NCBI RefSeq assembly: GCF_006345805.1
Contig: NC_043002.1
Location: forward strand, 75,764,001 to 75,828,000
Reading direction: 5' to 3'
Source of the DNA: Octopus sinensis
Lineage: Eukaryota
DNA: 64,000 nt
Numbering within the stretch: the first letter of the stretch is position 1; every line of letters starts with the position of its first letter. The notes beneath the pieces are model-generated. The model saw only the letters and a list, made by a program, of their open reading frames with translations, searched no databases and was not told where the DNA came from. Below are positions 36,026 to 48,956 of this stretch, in pieces. The translations under genes and the position numbers were made by a program.

Positions 36026-36464
36026 GGAGGAGGAGGAAGAAGAGAAGGAGAGGAGAAGGAGGAGCTTCAGTAGATTGAAAAGTTGAACAGAATGGAGTAT
36101 AACTGGCTTTGAACTGTCAATGTTCAACTTAAAAATTTGTTCGAAACTCTCTGCTAAAAAGGTTCTCAATTTTGACCAATTTAAAATTCCAAATTTTTTT
36201 CCTTTTTTTTATGGAGCTGCCAAGTTCGTGTGTGTGAAGGGAGGAAAATTTCCAGAATGTTCCTCATCAAACACCTCTCACCTCCCACCATTCCTGTTAA
36301 TATTATGTGTCATCTCCCCCATACACATACTCACACACACACACACACTTCTTTATATTTTTCTTTATTTTTTTTGTTTTCATTCCTTTCTCCATTTTTT
36401 TCTAAATTTTCATGTTAGCTTTTTTGTTTTTATTTTTTTTACATTTCTTTTCATTTAAATTTTT

Positions 36465-37480
36465 TTGTTTGCTTTTCTCTTTTCTTCTTGTTTTTTCCTA
36501 ACTTTCCACTTACCTCCTTACATCACCACCACCTTCTCTTCATCCTCTGCATTCTTCTGCACCACTTCATTCTTCCGCTCCTCCTCACCTTCATCCTTCC
36601 CTCCTCTTCTGCCTACCCCAGTAAAGGAAAAATGGGTACCACATACCCTAGTTATTTTCCTTCCTGCTGCAGGTTTGCATGTCTTCCCCCACCCTCCATC
36701 CTATCCCACCTCCAACACCATTATCCACTCACACAGTCACTTCATTTCTACCCATTTCACAACCATCCTCTCCTCTTCCCACTCTCCGCTCCGTTTCAGC
36801 ATCTCGGCTGGCACCACAGTCATTACCATTATCATCATCCCTACCATTGCTTTCTGCCTCTCTTCCTCATTCGTTGGTCACATTTGCTTTCCACCCCACC
36901 ACCATCACCACCACCCAACGTTGCTGGATCACCATCCGCTAACCCCTAGCACATGCACTGCACCCTTCCACCCCACCCCCCCGTTTCTCACCCACCAATG
37001 TTACCTCCCCACCCCTTCTTTACATTCCACACTATCCCTTACTGTCACTACCCATTCTCACAGTTACCTGGCCCTCCTTACATCTCTCCTACCTCAACAC
37101 CATCACCATTATCTGTCTAACTCCCCCCCCACACACACACTCACTCCGCTCTACAAACTTTCACATAACCACAACCACTATTACCACCAACACCACCATC
37201 GCCGCCACCACAACCATCGCCACCACCACTACCATCGCCACCACAACTACTTCACCACCACCATTACCACCTACATCAGCACCACTGGCAGTACTCTCTC
37301 CTCGCTCCTCCCCTCAAAGCTGTATCTTCATAATCACTTCTCTCTCTCACTCTCTCTTTCTCTTTGGCTCTCTCTCTCTCTCTCATCACTTCTACCATCA
37401 TCTTTCTCCACTACCATCACACCCTGCTCCTACCACTTTGTGCCTTAATACAACCACCACCACTACCATCACTACGACTA
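36465..37480. repeat. C/T/A-rich low-complexity tract (degenerate CAC/CTC)
   Basis: Strong G depletion on +; generates the 327-aa ORF. Confidence 0.85.
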
Positions 37481-37699
37481 CTATTGCTACTGACACAAGT
37501 AATTGGAGTGAAGCCTGGTTAATTTATTGAAGCACTTCATCCTTGTTGCTCAATGTGTAATGTAGACTTGATGGATGTCTCTCCACTGTGAAGTAATACC
37601 ACACATTTTCCTCCTCCCTCAATCCACTGGCCTCCCCTCTTTTCTCCCACACCCCACCCATCATCATCATCATCATCATCATTGCTTACACCACAACAA

Positions 37700-38530
37700 G
37701 CATCAGCACCTTCAAAACCGATATACTCCTTGACCTGCTTGTAGTAGCTGCCACGTCTCCCTCAAATTTCTCTGGCTGTCTTGAAAGCAAGCTGAGAGAC
37801 TCATTAAATAATGTTATCCAAGAAAATCCCTTTTGTCATCGTCTTCATCCTCATCCTCATCATCATCATCATAATCACCATCACTACAACCACCACCAAT
37901 ATTATCATCATCAAAGCCTATATTCTCTTTGGCCTGCTAGATATAGCAACCAAAATCTCCCTCAAATCTTATCAACTGCCTTGTAAAACAAGCTGAGAAA
38001 CTCGTTAACGATAACATTATTGTTATCATAGACAATTCCATTCCTCATCATCATAGTCATCACCATCACCACCACCAATACTGTCATCATTAAAACCTAT
38101 ATACTCCTTGACGTGCTAGACATAGTGGCTAAATCTCCTTCAAGTCTCATTCTTCTGTCATGGAAACAAACTGAGAGGCATTTATTTTGTTATTCCTGAT
38201 CATCATTAAACAGACGAGGTGATCATGACTGGAATATCTTTGATCATGGTTCTGCTCATCCAAGGTTGACTTAGGGTCAAAGAACAACGACATTACCTTA
38301 CACCATCATCATCATCGCCTGTGTAGGAGCATTTATGTGGTTGTTCACTTGCTAGAAATATCAGCCAAATCTCCTTTATTATCACCCCTGCTTTCTTGAA
38401 AAAGAAGGACATTGGATAATATGATCCTAGAAACATGTCTGGAAGTAAGGTAAAGCTGGTCATGGCTGGAATGTCTTTGATTATAGTCTTGCTCAATCAG
38501 GGCTATTCTGGGGCTAAATTACAATAGCAA
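37700..38530 (+). repeat. Three diverged ~190-bp tandem units plus a family H copy
   Basis: ATACTCCTTGACCTGCT..ATAGC..AAATCTCC motif recurs near 37720, 37920 and 38100; full H copy at 38330-38530. Confidence 0.65.
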
Positions 38531-38539
38531 CGCATACCA

Positions 38540-39357
38540 TACAACATTCATTAGCACATACCACAACCACCACCACCACCACCACCACCAATACCAACAA
38601 CACCATCATTACCTCACTAACACCAATGCTTCAACTCCCACACATTACTACAACCATTACCACACATACTACCATAATAATAACATATACTACCACCAAT
38701 ACTACCACTGGTGTCATAAACACACACATCTGCTATCCTGTTACTAACATTATTATCGTCACCACACTACATACCTCCTACATCAATACCATTACTACAC
38801 CAGTGATCCCACTAGCACACATTACACTAACACCATCACCACTGCCACCATTACCAATACCCTTAACACATGATCATATCACTAACAGCAACACCATTTC
38901 TACTATATATCACCACTAACACTATCCCACCAACTGCCACAAACTACCCCATCACTAACACCAATACCACCACCACCACCACCACCACCACCACCCATTA
39001 CTGCCATATATCACTATCACCACCACCACCACTGCTGCCACTGCCACTACTGTTATTGTTGATTTTTTATTTCATTTTCTTTCTCTCCCTACCCCCATTT
39101 TTTTTTAATAAAACAAAAGTTGTAAATAAATTAAACGAGTAAAATGAATTCAGTATTACACACATACACAATATTACATACGTTGCATGCATGTCTACAT
39201 ACACCACATACACACTGCATACACCACACACACACACACACACACACTACATAGCATGCATGTCTACATTCGCTCCATACACACTGCATACACAACACAC
39301 ATACACGCTGTATACTCACACTACATACACATAATGAACACACACATACATGCATAC

Positions 39358-39414
<57 letters not shown>

Positions 39415-39780
39415 TCAACATATGCATCATACCAAATAAAACACATGCACACACACTCCACATACAAGCACACTGTTTACACCCCATGTAATGCATGTCA
39501 TATACACACTGCTCACAATGCAAGTACATTGCAGGATGCAAGTACATACTTTACATAAATCAAACACACACACATATACACATACACATGTATACATACA
39601 TATACATGCACACATGCACACATTCATGTATACATATATATATATATACACACATACATACATACATACATACATATATATGCATGCATACATACACACA
39701 CACCATGTAAACCCACAGATATATAGCTTGCAACACATTCCACACATTGGGTACACACACACACACAAAGAGTGAGAGAA
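38540..39780. repeat. Degenerate (CAC)n tract and (CA)n/(TA)n microsatellite block
   Basis: Directly visible. Confidence 0.9.
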
Positions 39781-39916
39781 ATGTGTGTATACAGATTGGA
39801 ATTTATATATAAAGCCTACAGACAAAGAAATTCAATTCAATACATCACATACATTCAAGTGTGTGTGTAGTATCTGAAGAGGGAGAGGGAGAAAGAAGAG
39901 AGAGAGAGGGAGAAAG

Positions 39917-39950
<34 letters not shown>

Positions 39951-40799
39951 AGACACCTATAGACAAACACACAAATTAAAACAAAATTTCAAAAGCTAAA
40001 ATTAAAAACAAACAGGAAAGCAATCGCCAGATTTTGCTGCAATCTTGTCAGAAGTTTTGAGGGAAATGTTGGAGTTCTTGGAATGATTTTTTGTCATATG
40101 AGTGAAGAAACTTGCTTCAGGTAATAGATAATATAGGAATGAGCAACAACGGAGTAGATTTTAACTATTAATTAATAAGAAAAGACATGAAAAACTCCCT
40201 CTTTCTCCTTCTCACTTTCACTTTCACATTCTGTGTTTGTTTTGTTGTTTTTGTCTCTACCTCTTTACTTTTCATTTGCTCTCTCTTGAAAGCAAACACA
40301 TGCATACATACTCTAGTGTATATATGTGTGTGTGTGTATACATGTAACTCTCTCTGTCTTTCTCTCTCTCTCTCCACACATGTATGTCTGTACAAAATTA
40401 ATATATGCACTTGAAATTCAAAAGTGTCTTTGAGTAGTTTCCTTGAGACAAAATATTATACCTAGCGCTGTTCACATTTGTATACACATTAGAAATGTGT
40501 ATACACACTATGTATATATTTGTGTGTGCAAATATATAATCTAATCTATTACACAATCTCCATTTCTCCCAAAATGAATGCTGACATTAAGTACTAACTA
40601 CATCCAATTCTCAGAATCTTATAAACTGTAAATCCTGTACTTGCAGATGGTGTATGTATGTGTCTATGGGTAGGTGGTGTATATGTCTGTGTAGATCATT
40701 TATGTGTCTGTGTTTTTTTGTGTAGGTGTTGTGTGTCTGTATATATTTGTATAGACAGTGTATGTAACTGTATCTGCGTAAAGGTAGTGTATGTCTCTC

Positions 40800-41180
40800 T
40801 CTTTTACTTGTTTCAGTCATTTGACTGTGGCCATGCTGGAGCACTGCCTTTAGTCGGATAAATCAACCCCAGGACTTATTCTTTGTAATCCTAGTACTTA
40901 TTCTATCAATCTCTTTTGCCAAACCGCTAAGTTACGGGGACATAAACACACCAGCATCAGTTGTCAAGCGATGATGGGGCCACAAACGCAGACACGCAAA
41001 CACACACACACACATATACGACGGGCTTCTTTCAGTTTCCGTTTACCAAATCCACTCACAAGACTTTGGTTGGCCCGAGGCTATAGTAGAAGACTGCGTG
41101 TCCAAAGTGCCATGCAGTAGGACTGAACCCAGAACAATGTGGTTGGTAAGCAAGCTACTCACCACACAGCTACTCCTGTC
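40800..41180 (-). mobile_element. SINE family A, full length
   Basis: Complete reverse match. Confidence 0.9.
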
Positions 41181-41876
41181 TCTGTGTAGATAATACATAT
41201 GTAACTGTTACTTCTGCTATTGTTGATGTTGTTTCTATCAAGGATATTCACTAGCCATTCCCTACCCTGAGAGAATTCTAACAAGCAAGCCTCTGACTGA
41301 ACCTTGCCGGCATTTTATATTTTGGTCAGATCTGGGATCATTTTGCTGACCCTCCCATCATGGACAACAGACTGGCGTGATTAGCATGGATGATCTACTT
41401 TTAATCCATGTTTGGTCTCTTAATTTGTTGACTACAGGATGAGAAACAGTAGACTCAGTTGATGTACAGCGGCTTTGGTTTCTTCTTTTTTTTATTATCA
41501 TCATTGTTTTAATAGTAATGTTTTCTGATTTAAGCACAAGGTCAGCAATTTTAAGAGAAAGTAAAGAACACTTGATCTCATTGATCCCCAGTACCAAAGT
41601 TGACCTCATCGGAATGTGATCTCAGAACTTAAAGCATTTTGTCTGTCAGCTTACCAATACTAATGCCTGACTATATTTAGTTGTATACCATTATATCCTG
41701 AGTTGAAATCCTGCTGATCTTGTCTTTTCTTTTCATCTTCCCAGGGATAAAATATACTTGATATTTTGGTCAATATAATCAACAATATTCCTCTCCCTAC
41801 CAAATGTTAGAACTCAGTGTTTTTCTGATTTAATCTTATCACTTTATCCAATGTCTTCTTTGGTCTTCTACTTTAG

Positions 41877-41981
41877 GTTCCTTCAGCTAGTGTTTAGCAA
41901 AATGAGGCTTGGCCATCAGATAGGTGTCATCCATGTGTACTTTTATGTCCATACCAGCATACCGTACATAGACACGTACAG
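41877..41981 (+). CDS. Candidate exon (FLQLVFSKMRLGHQIG...)
   Basis: TCTTCTACTTTAG acceptor, CAG|GTATAT donor, 105 nt open in phase 2-2. Confidence 0.28.
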
Positions 41982-42269
41982 GTATATCAAATACCATACA
42001 GCATAAATTCTTGATTTTTATTAAAATTATCTCTGCCTCTAGAGGTTGCATTGTAATTATCAAATGGAAATTAAGACCAGCTCCATATGAGAAGAGGAAA
42101 TAAGGTCAAGGATCAAGAGGACAGTTGTGGACATGTGTTTCTGGTTCTGTAACCATCATCACTACAACAATTGTCTAAACTTATCTCCAGCAGCCAAAGG
42201 CTGAAGACTTATACAAAAAAAAAAAAAAGAGTAGGTAATTTGCATAATTTGAAAGGTCAACAAGACACA

Positions 42270-42470
42270 TGTGACCTATTTGAATTTTATGTCCAAATCA
42301 CATACTGGTGTAAAAAGCACTCGGTGGTTGGCATTAGGAAGGACATCCAGCCATAGAAACCATGCCAAAACAGATTGGAACCTGGTGCAGCACCCAGCTT
42401 ACCAGTTTTCTGTCAAACAGTCCAGCCCATGCCAGCATGAGAAATGGACGTTAAATGATGATGATGATGA
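42270..42470 (+). mobile_element. Family C element
   Basis: GTGGTTGGCATTAGGAAGGACATCCAGCCATAGAAACC..(GAT)n. Confidence 0.8.
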
Positions 42471-43230
42471 TAAATAGAAAAATTACCTTTTGTACCAGTT
42501 TGGGATGATGTTTAAATCTATCACAGTTAGTTTAATGTCTTTGTAAATATTTGTCTCAAACAGATTGTGATCATAGTGGCATTCTAATATAATGCTGATG
42601 TGTGGTTTAGTATTGGTGGTGTTAAAGGAATGTTGTAATATGATGCCCATAAAGTACCCTTGGATGTGAATATTGTAATTCATATGCCTGATTTTGCTGA
42701 TTGCATCTCTGGAGAATTAACCTTTGAAGTTTATTTATTTATTTCTCTATTTCTTTATTTCTTTATGCTACTTTTCAATTGTACTTGAGTACAGTTGTGT
42801 AGGTTGCTTACCAACCACATAGTTCCAGGTTCAGTCCCACTGCATGGCACTTTGGGCAAGTGTCTTCTACTATAGCCTCAGGCCGACCAAAGCCTTGTGA
42901 GTGGATTTGGTAGATGGAAACTGAAAGAAGCCCGTCGTATATATATCATCATCATCATCATCGTCGTTTAACGTCCGTTCTCCATGCTAGCATGGGTTGG
43001 ACGGTTCGACCGGGGTTCTGGGAAGCCAGAAGGCTGCACCAGGCTCCAGTCTAATTTGGCAATGTTTCTACAGCTGGATGCCCTTCCTAACGCCAACCAC
43101 TCCGTGAGTGTAGTGGGTGCTTTTTACGTGCCACCTGCACAGGTGCCAGGCGGGGCTGGCAACGGCCACGGTCAGATTGGTGTATTTATGTGCCACCGGC
43201 ACGGAAGCCAGACGGACGGTGCTGGCATCG

Positions 43231-43690
43231 GCCACGAGTTGGATAGTGCTTTTTACGTACCACCAGACCAGGGATCCTGGCTGGTTCAATTCGATTTCGA
43301 TTTCGCTTGCCCCAAATGTCTTCACAAGCAAAGGGGGTTGGCAAGGGTGCCTGTCGTACGGTCGCATTGGAGTATTTTACGTGCCACGGCCACGAGTCGG
43401 ATAGTGCTTTTTACGTACCACCAGACCAGGGATCCTGGCTGTTCAATTCGATTTCGATTTTGCTTGCCCCAACATGTCTTCACAAGCAAAGGAGGTTGGC
43501 ATGGGTGCCTGTCGTACGGTCGCATTGGAGTATTTTACGTGCCACGGCCATGAGTCGGATAGTGCTTTTTACGTACCACCAGGCCAGGGATCCTGGCTGG
43601 TTCAATTCGGTTTCGATTTCGATTTCGCTTGCCCCAACATGTCTTCGCAAGCATGGGGGGTTGGCATGGGTGTCTGTCGTCGGATGAGGT
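43231..43690. repeat. 158-bp tandem repeat (about 2.9 units) in the RTE 3' UTR
   Basis: Units start GCCACGAGT at 43231, 43389 and 43547. Confidence 0.92.
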
Positions 43691-43763
43691 TCTATATCGA
43701 CTTCGCTTGCCTCAGCCGGTCTTTGTGTCCAAGGGAGGAAAGGCATTCATAAGTGGGCTGGGC

Positions 43764-46242
43764 TCACTTGTCCTGCCTGATCTTCTCACGTACAGAATAT
43801 TTCCAAAGGTCTCGGTCTCTGGTCATTTCCTCAGTGAGGCCTAAAGTTCGAAGGTCGTGCTTCACCACCTCGTCCCAGGTTTTCCTGGTCTACCTCTCCC
43901 ACGGGTTCCCTCAACTGCTAGGGATTGGCACTTTCTCACACACCTATCTTCATCCATTCTCGCCACATGACCATACCAGCGCAATCGTCTCTCTTTGCAC
44001 ACCACAACTGATGCTTCTTAGGTACAACATTTCTCTCAGGTGCTAACGCTCTGGCGAGTATGTACACTGACATTACACATCCATCGGAGCATACTGGCTT
44101 CATTCCTCACGAGCTTACGCATGTCCTCAGCAGTCACGGCCCATGTTTCACTGCCATGTAGCATGGCTGTTCGTACACACGCATCATACAGTCTGCCTTT
44201 TACTCTGAGCGAGAGGCCTTTAGTCACCAGCAGAGGTAAGAGCTCCCTAAACTTTGCCCAGGCTATTCTTATTCTAGCAGTTACACTTTCAGCGCACCCC
44301 CCCCCACTACTGACTTGGTCACCTAGATAACGGAAGCTATCAACTACTTCTAGTTTTTCCCTGGAAAGTGACGGAAGTTGTTTTCTGCAGATTTTCGGAG
44401 TTAATCGCCCGAGCATCTGCCACATACAAAAACTATCTTCCCAGTTAGCCTACCTTTGACATTGCTGCACCTCTTATGTGTCCATAGCTTACACTGGGTA
44501 CATCTTATAGAGTTTCTACTACCTACAACCTTTTCTACAGATCGAGCAGGGCCATCTTCCTGAAGATATTTGTGGATTGTCTACCTTTCTACTTATTAGT
44601 ACTTTGGTTTTAGCTAGGTTGACTCTAAGGCCCCTTGATTCTAAACCCTCCTTCCACACCTGGAACTTCTCCTCCAGTTCTGATAGTGACTCAGCAATAA
44701 GAGCAAGGTCGTCAGCGTAGAGGAGCTCCCAGGGACAGCCTGTCTTGAATTCCTCCGTAATTGCCTGGAGTACTATGATAAATAGGAGGGGGCTGAGTAC
44801 TGAACCCTGGTGGACCCCAACCTCTACTTTGAATTCTTCTGTGTACATGTTGCCAACCCTAACCTTACTTACGGCATCTCTGTACATGGCTTGCACAGTC
44901 CTCACCAGCCATTCATCTATCCCTAGTTTCCCTCTCCTCATGACCACCAGATAAGGGATCGGGGGACCCTATCAAAAGCTTTCTCCATGTCAACGAAAGC
45001 CAGGTACAGGGCTTATCTTTGGCTAGGTATTTCTCCTGCAGCTGCCTTACCAGGAATATAGCATCAGTGGTGCTTTTCCCTGGCACGAACCCAAACTGCA
45101 TCTCATCTAAACTAACTCTCTCTCTAATTAGTTGGCTATGACCCTCTCCGTAACCTTCATTACTTGATCCAACAGCTTGATACCTCTGTAATTATTTGTA
45201 TCTAGGGCATCACCTTTACCTTTGTAGCAGTTGACTAGTATGCTGCTGCACCAGTCATTGGGTATGACTCCGTGTATCACCTGGTTGACTATACGGGTGA
45301 CATAGTTATAGCCGACACTGCCAGATATTTTGAGCATCTCTGCAGTAATCCTGATGGGCCTGGGGCTTTCCCTGTCTTCATGCTTCTAATTGCCTTAGCT
45401 ACCACGGAACTATCAACTCGGATAGCTGGTCCCTCTGTAGGTCAACATTCGGCAGACTCTCTTTATCCCATTCATTTTCCTCATTCAGTAACCTTTCATA
45501 GTGGCGTCTCCAAGCTTCTCTCTTGCATCCTCATTTAGCGCAAGTGAACCATCCTCCATGCGAACACATTTCTCTCCTACCACATCACGATTCTCTCTCA
45601 CACACTGTCTTGCAACACACGAAATACCTCAAGTCTTTCATCCTCACGGCGCAGGACATTGGCAAATTTTCTCTTATCTGCTTCCCCTCTGGCTAGATAG
45701 ACCTGTCTCCTAGCTTCCCTTCTGGCAGTCTGATACCCTTCCCTGCTACCACCGTTCTTCCAGGCCTTCCAAGCCGTTTCTTTTTGTCTAATAGCCCTGT
45801 CAACAATATTGTTTCACCACCACGTTATTTGGGTCTTAAGGGGACTTTGCACCAGCCACAGATCTGGTCAGCGGCTTTCAGCAGGTTGTCCCTCAGAAAC
45901 GTCCAGTTGTCTTCTACCCCATGTGTAGCTATACCCCCCTATTTCGTCAAAGGCTTCAAGTAACATGTCTCTAAATCTCTGTCCATTCGCAGGTCTTTAA
46001 GCTTCCAGACCCTTCTTCTCCATGTTGGTCGTCCTTCTAGTCGCCCTCTTAGTCCTGATCCTAAAGTCACTAACTACCAGTCTATGTTGTGGGGTGCATT
46101 CTTCGCCTGGGAAGTTTTGGCATTTTTAAGCAGCCATCTTTCCTTTTTCTGGCAAGGATGTAGTCGATTTGGCTAGTATGCCGGCCCGATCGGTAGGGAC
46201 CATGTGGCTTGTTGGTTTCCTGAAGTTAGTGTTGCAGACCAT
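43764..46242 (-). pseudogene. RTE ORF (C-terminal APE endonuclease + reverse transcriptase), frameshifted
   Basis: TNFRKP..SQIDYIL..QHRLVV (APE); NYRGIKLL, QFGFVPGKSTTDAIF, GVHQGSVLSPLLF, YADD at 44708-44719, FRYLG; stop TGA at 43764-43766. Confidence 0.95.
44413..44548 (-). other. PHD-type C4HC3 finger inside the RTE RT
   Basis: CSIC-RKG(VG)RNSIR-CTQC-KLWTH-KRC-SNVKGRLTGKIVFV-CGRC after repairing one 4-nt insertion. Confidence 0.75.
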
Positions 46243-46674
46243 ATAATATATATATATATATATGTATGTATATGTGTGTGAGTGTTTATGTTTGTGTGTC
46301 TGTGTTTGTCCCCCCAACATCGCTTGACAACCGATGCTGGTGTGTTTACATCCCTGTAACTTAGCGGTTCAGCAAAAAGAGACCAATAGAATAAGTACTA
46401 GGCTTACAAAGAATAAGTCCTGGGGTCGATTTGCTCGACTAAAGGCAGTGCTTCAGCATGGCCACAGCCAAATGACTGAAATAAGTAAAAGAGAGTAAAG
46501 AGAGATTATCTACTTAGTGAATTTCTCATCACTACTTTGGCAAGGACAATGAAGTTTGTGCTCTGCTGACAAGGTTTAATAAAACTGAAACATGTACTGA
46601 GTTGTGTCCCATGCTTGCTGAAATTATTAAAATATTAGTAGTAAATGTTATATGTCTTCTGTCCCCACCCCAAG

Positions 46675-46747
46675 TATAAGTGTTTTTGATGGTAATTTTG
46701 ATGCTCATTGTATTAAATATGTTAACAGTCACATAGCTTTTATCATG
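46675..46747 (+). CDS. Candidate exon (ISVFDGNFDAHCIKYVNSHIAFIM)
   Basis: TCTTCTGTCCCCACCCCAAG acceptor, ATG|GTGAGT donor. Confidence 0.28.
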
Positions 46748-47169
46748 GTGAGTAACTACAATAGCAATAATGACACCCACACTAACAATTATAAGAGCAG
46801 CAGCTTTCATCATAACTGTAAAATTAACAACACCAGCATTAATCACAACAGTAGCATTAATTACACACATCAATATGAACAACAACAGCAACACAACAAA
46901 GAAATGACTGCAGCAGTAATAGGAACATTAACAGCAGCAATCATGACAGTAATTTCAACAACAGCAACAGCAACACCAGTAGGGGCAGCAACTGCAACAA
47001 GAACAACAACAACAACAGCATTGACGCTAATTATTCTAACTACAGCAGTAATCACAACAGCAACGATTTTAACGACAACAAAACCATAAAATTAATTACA
47101 ATGTGAAATCAACAACACTAGTAATCACAACAGTGGTATTTACAGCAACGGCAACGACAACAGCAACAA

Positions 47170-47375
47170 TAAGGCAAAGAGGTCTCTTAGCTTGTTAGAA
47201 ATAAAAGCCAAATCATACACTACCATCTTAAACGAAGAATGACATACTGGATAATGTAGTCCTAGATGTTCGATACCAGAAAATAGGACAACATGGTTAC
47301 TCTTTGCTGGAATATTGTTGATCATAGATTGCTCTGCTGGATGAAGGTTGACTTGGGGCTAAACAATAAAACAGT
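47170..47375 (+). repeat. Family H repeat
   Basis: TTAGAAATAAAAGCCAAATC..GGATAATGTAGTCCTAGAT..GACTTGGGGCTAAACAA. Confidence 0.7.
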
Positions 47376-47409
47376 TCAAATACAAAATATTATGATGTAA
47401 AAAAAATAT

Positions 47410-47660
47410 AGTATTTGCGGTGAGGCATGAACAGTGGGCCTCACGGAGGCAATGATAAGTGACCAAGATCTTTAACAATATGCCGTGTTTCGGAAGACCT
47501 GTCAAGCCAAGTGAAATCATAGTCATGGCTGTTTGGCAAAAGAGACCGATAGAATAAGTACTAGCTTACAAAGAATAAGTCCCGGGGTCGATTTGCTCGA
47601 CTAAAGGCGGTGCTCCAGCATGGCCACAGTCAAATGACTGAAACAAGTGAAAAAGTAAAA
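47410..47660 (+). mobile_element. RTE 3' fragment fused to a family A tail
   Basis: 47410-47530 matches the RTE stop region (GGCCTCACGGAGGCAATGA..GACC); 47530-47660 is the A tail. Confidence 0.7.
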
Positions 47661-48024
47661 AAGAGAGTATATATGCTTATAGCCACGAGCATGTATCTGC
47701 ATTTGCACTGATATGCATATGTACATACCTATACACATTTAGGGGTATTTGTGAATGATTGGCAATGTGTTACTTTGAGTATTGGAATTAGAAGTCTTTC
47801 CATTATAATGTATTAAAATGTATTTCAACAACTATTGAAAAGGTTGTAAGATGCAACGAAAATTTTAGGAAAAATAAATAAGTAAATGAGTGGAAACTTT
47901 ACCAGTGACTGTGTTAAGTAATAAGGCACTAAAAGAGAATGACTCTCCCCTGACACAACAAAGTATTAAAAAAATACTCTACACTTATGTACTGAGTTCT
48001 GTTATTTATCACTTTTTGAGGAAC

Positions 48025-48470
48025 CAATGGCATGGCTGTGGTAAGAAGTTTGCTTTCCAACCATATAGTTCTGGGTTCAGTCACACTACATAGCACCTTG
48101 GGCAAGTGTTTTCTACTATAGCCTTCTACTATAATTTTCTACTAGGTCGACCAAAGACTAGTGAGTAGATTTGTGGTAGACAGAAACCAAATAGCCCTTC
48201 ATATGTGTGTGTGTGTGTGTATGCACACACACACACATATATATACATATATTTATGTATATTTGTGTATGTGTCTTTGTATTTTCCTGCCACCACCACA
48301 TGGCAGTTGGTGCTGGTGTGTGTGTGTGTCCCTGTAACTTAGCAGTTCACAAAAAGTGACTGATTGAATAAGTTCCAGGCATAAAAAATGCAAGTAACTG
48401 GGGTCAATTCATGTGACTAAAATTCCCCTGGGTGGTACCCCAGCATGGCTGCAGTTTAATGACTGAAACA
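48025..48470 (+). mobile_element. SINE family A, degenerate
   Basis: Head, core, internal (TG)n/(CA)n, tail. Confidence 0.82.
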
Positions 48471-48477
48471 TAAGGTG

Positions 48478-48534
<57 letters not shown>

Positions 48535-48956
48535 ATATATACCCTGAAAAGATCATACTAATAATGCATAAATCACTGCATATGAATATGCAACAATATA
48601 CAGTTGGTACAATCAAAACCTGTCGGACTAGTATTATGAATAAACTAACTGGAAACAAACATAAAATTTGAATGTTCAAATTCTTCATTCTCCTTATTAT
48701 CAATATTGTACTTTACACTCTGAGTAGCCAAGAAATAAGCTGAAACATCGGATGGGAGCTGAAGGAAGATTACCAAAAAATGCACCATCAGAAGGAACCA
48801 GCCTTGGCTTTTTACTCAGAGAAATTCTGTATCTGCCTCTATATTATATCCCTCCTCTTACTATATATTTACATACACATGCACACACATTCTGATGCAT
48901 AAGTGACTATTTTAATCTAATGCTACTTCTGTTGCATCTAATGGATTTTCATTCAG

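Larger units (their letters stand above)
42946..46242 (-). mobile_element. RTE-clade LINE, 3.3 kb, 5'-truncated
   Basis: (GAT)n tail, 3' UTR and a single APE-RT ORF remnant; inserted into the (TA)n of a SINE. Confidence 0.95.
42795..46500 (+). mobile_element. SINE family A split by the RTE insertion
   Basis: Head/core 42795-42945; tail 46260-46500. Confidence 0.85.

Noticed and set aside
36465-37448. 327-aa His/Pro/Ser/Thr-rich ORF
   Set aside because: G-poor low-complexity tract that cannot easily form stops; no domain or splice support.
42487-42708. Minus-strand 222-nt open phase 2-2 segment with GTAATT donor
   Set aside because: Poor acceptor, no recognisable motif, no compatible partner exon identified.
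42984-43752. ORFs up to 189 aa with internal repeats; superficially CRISPR-like array
   Set aside because: Non-coding RTE 3' UTR with contiguous 158-bp units, no unique spacers, eukaryotic context.
46652-47089. 145-aa Asn/Gln/Thr-rich ORF; FDGNFD faintly like a discoidin motif
   Set aside because: Mostly degenerate (AAC/AGC)n; the rest of the discoidin pattern is absent. Only the short exon candidate was kept.
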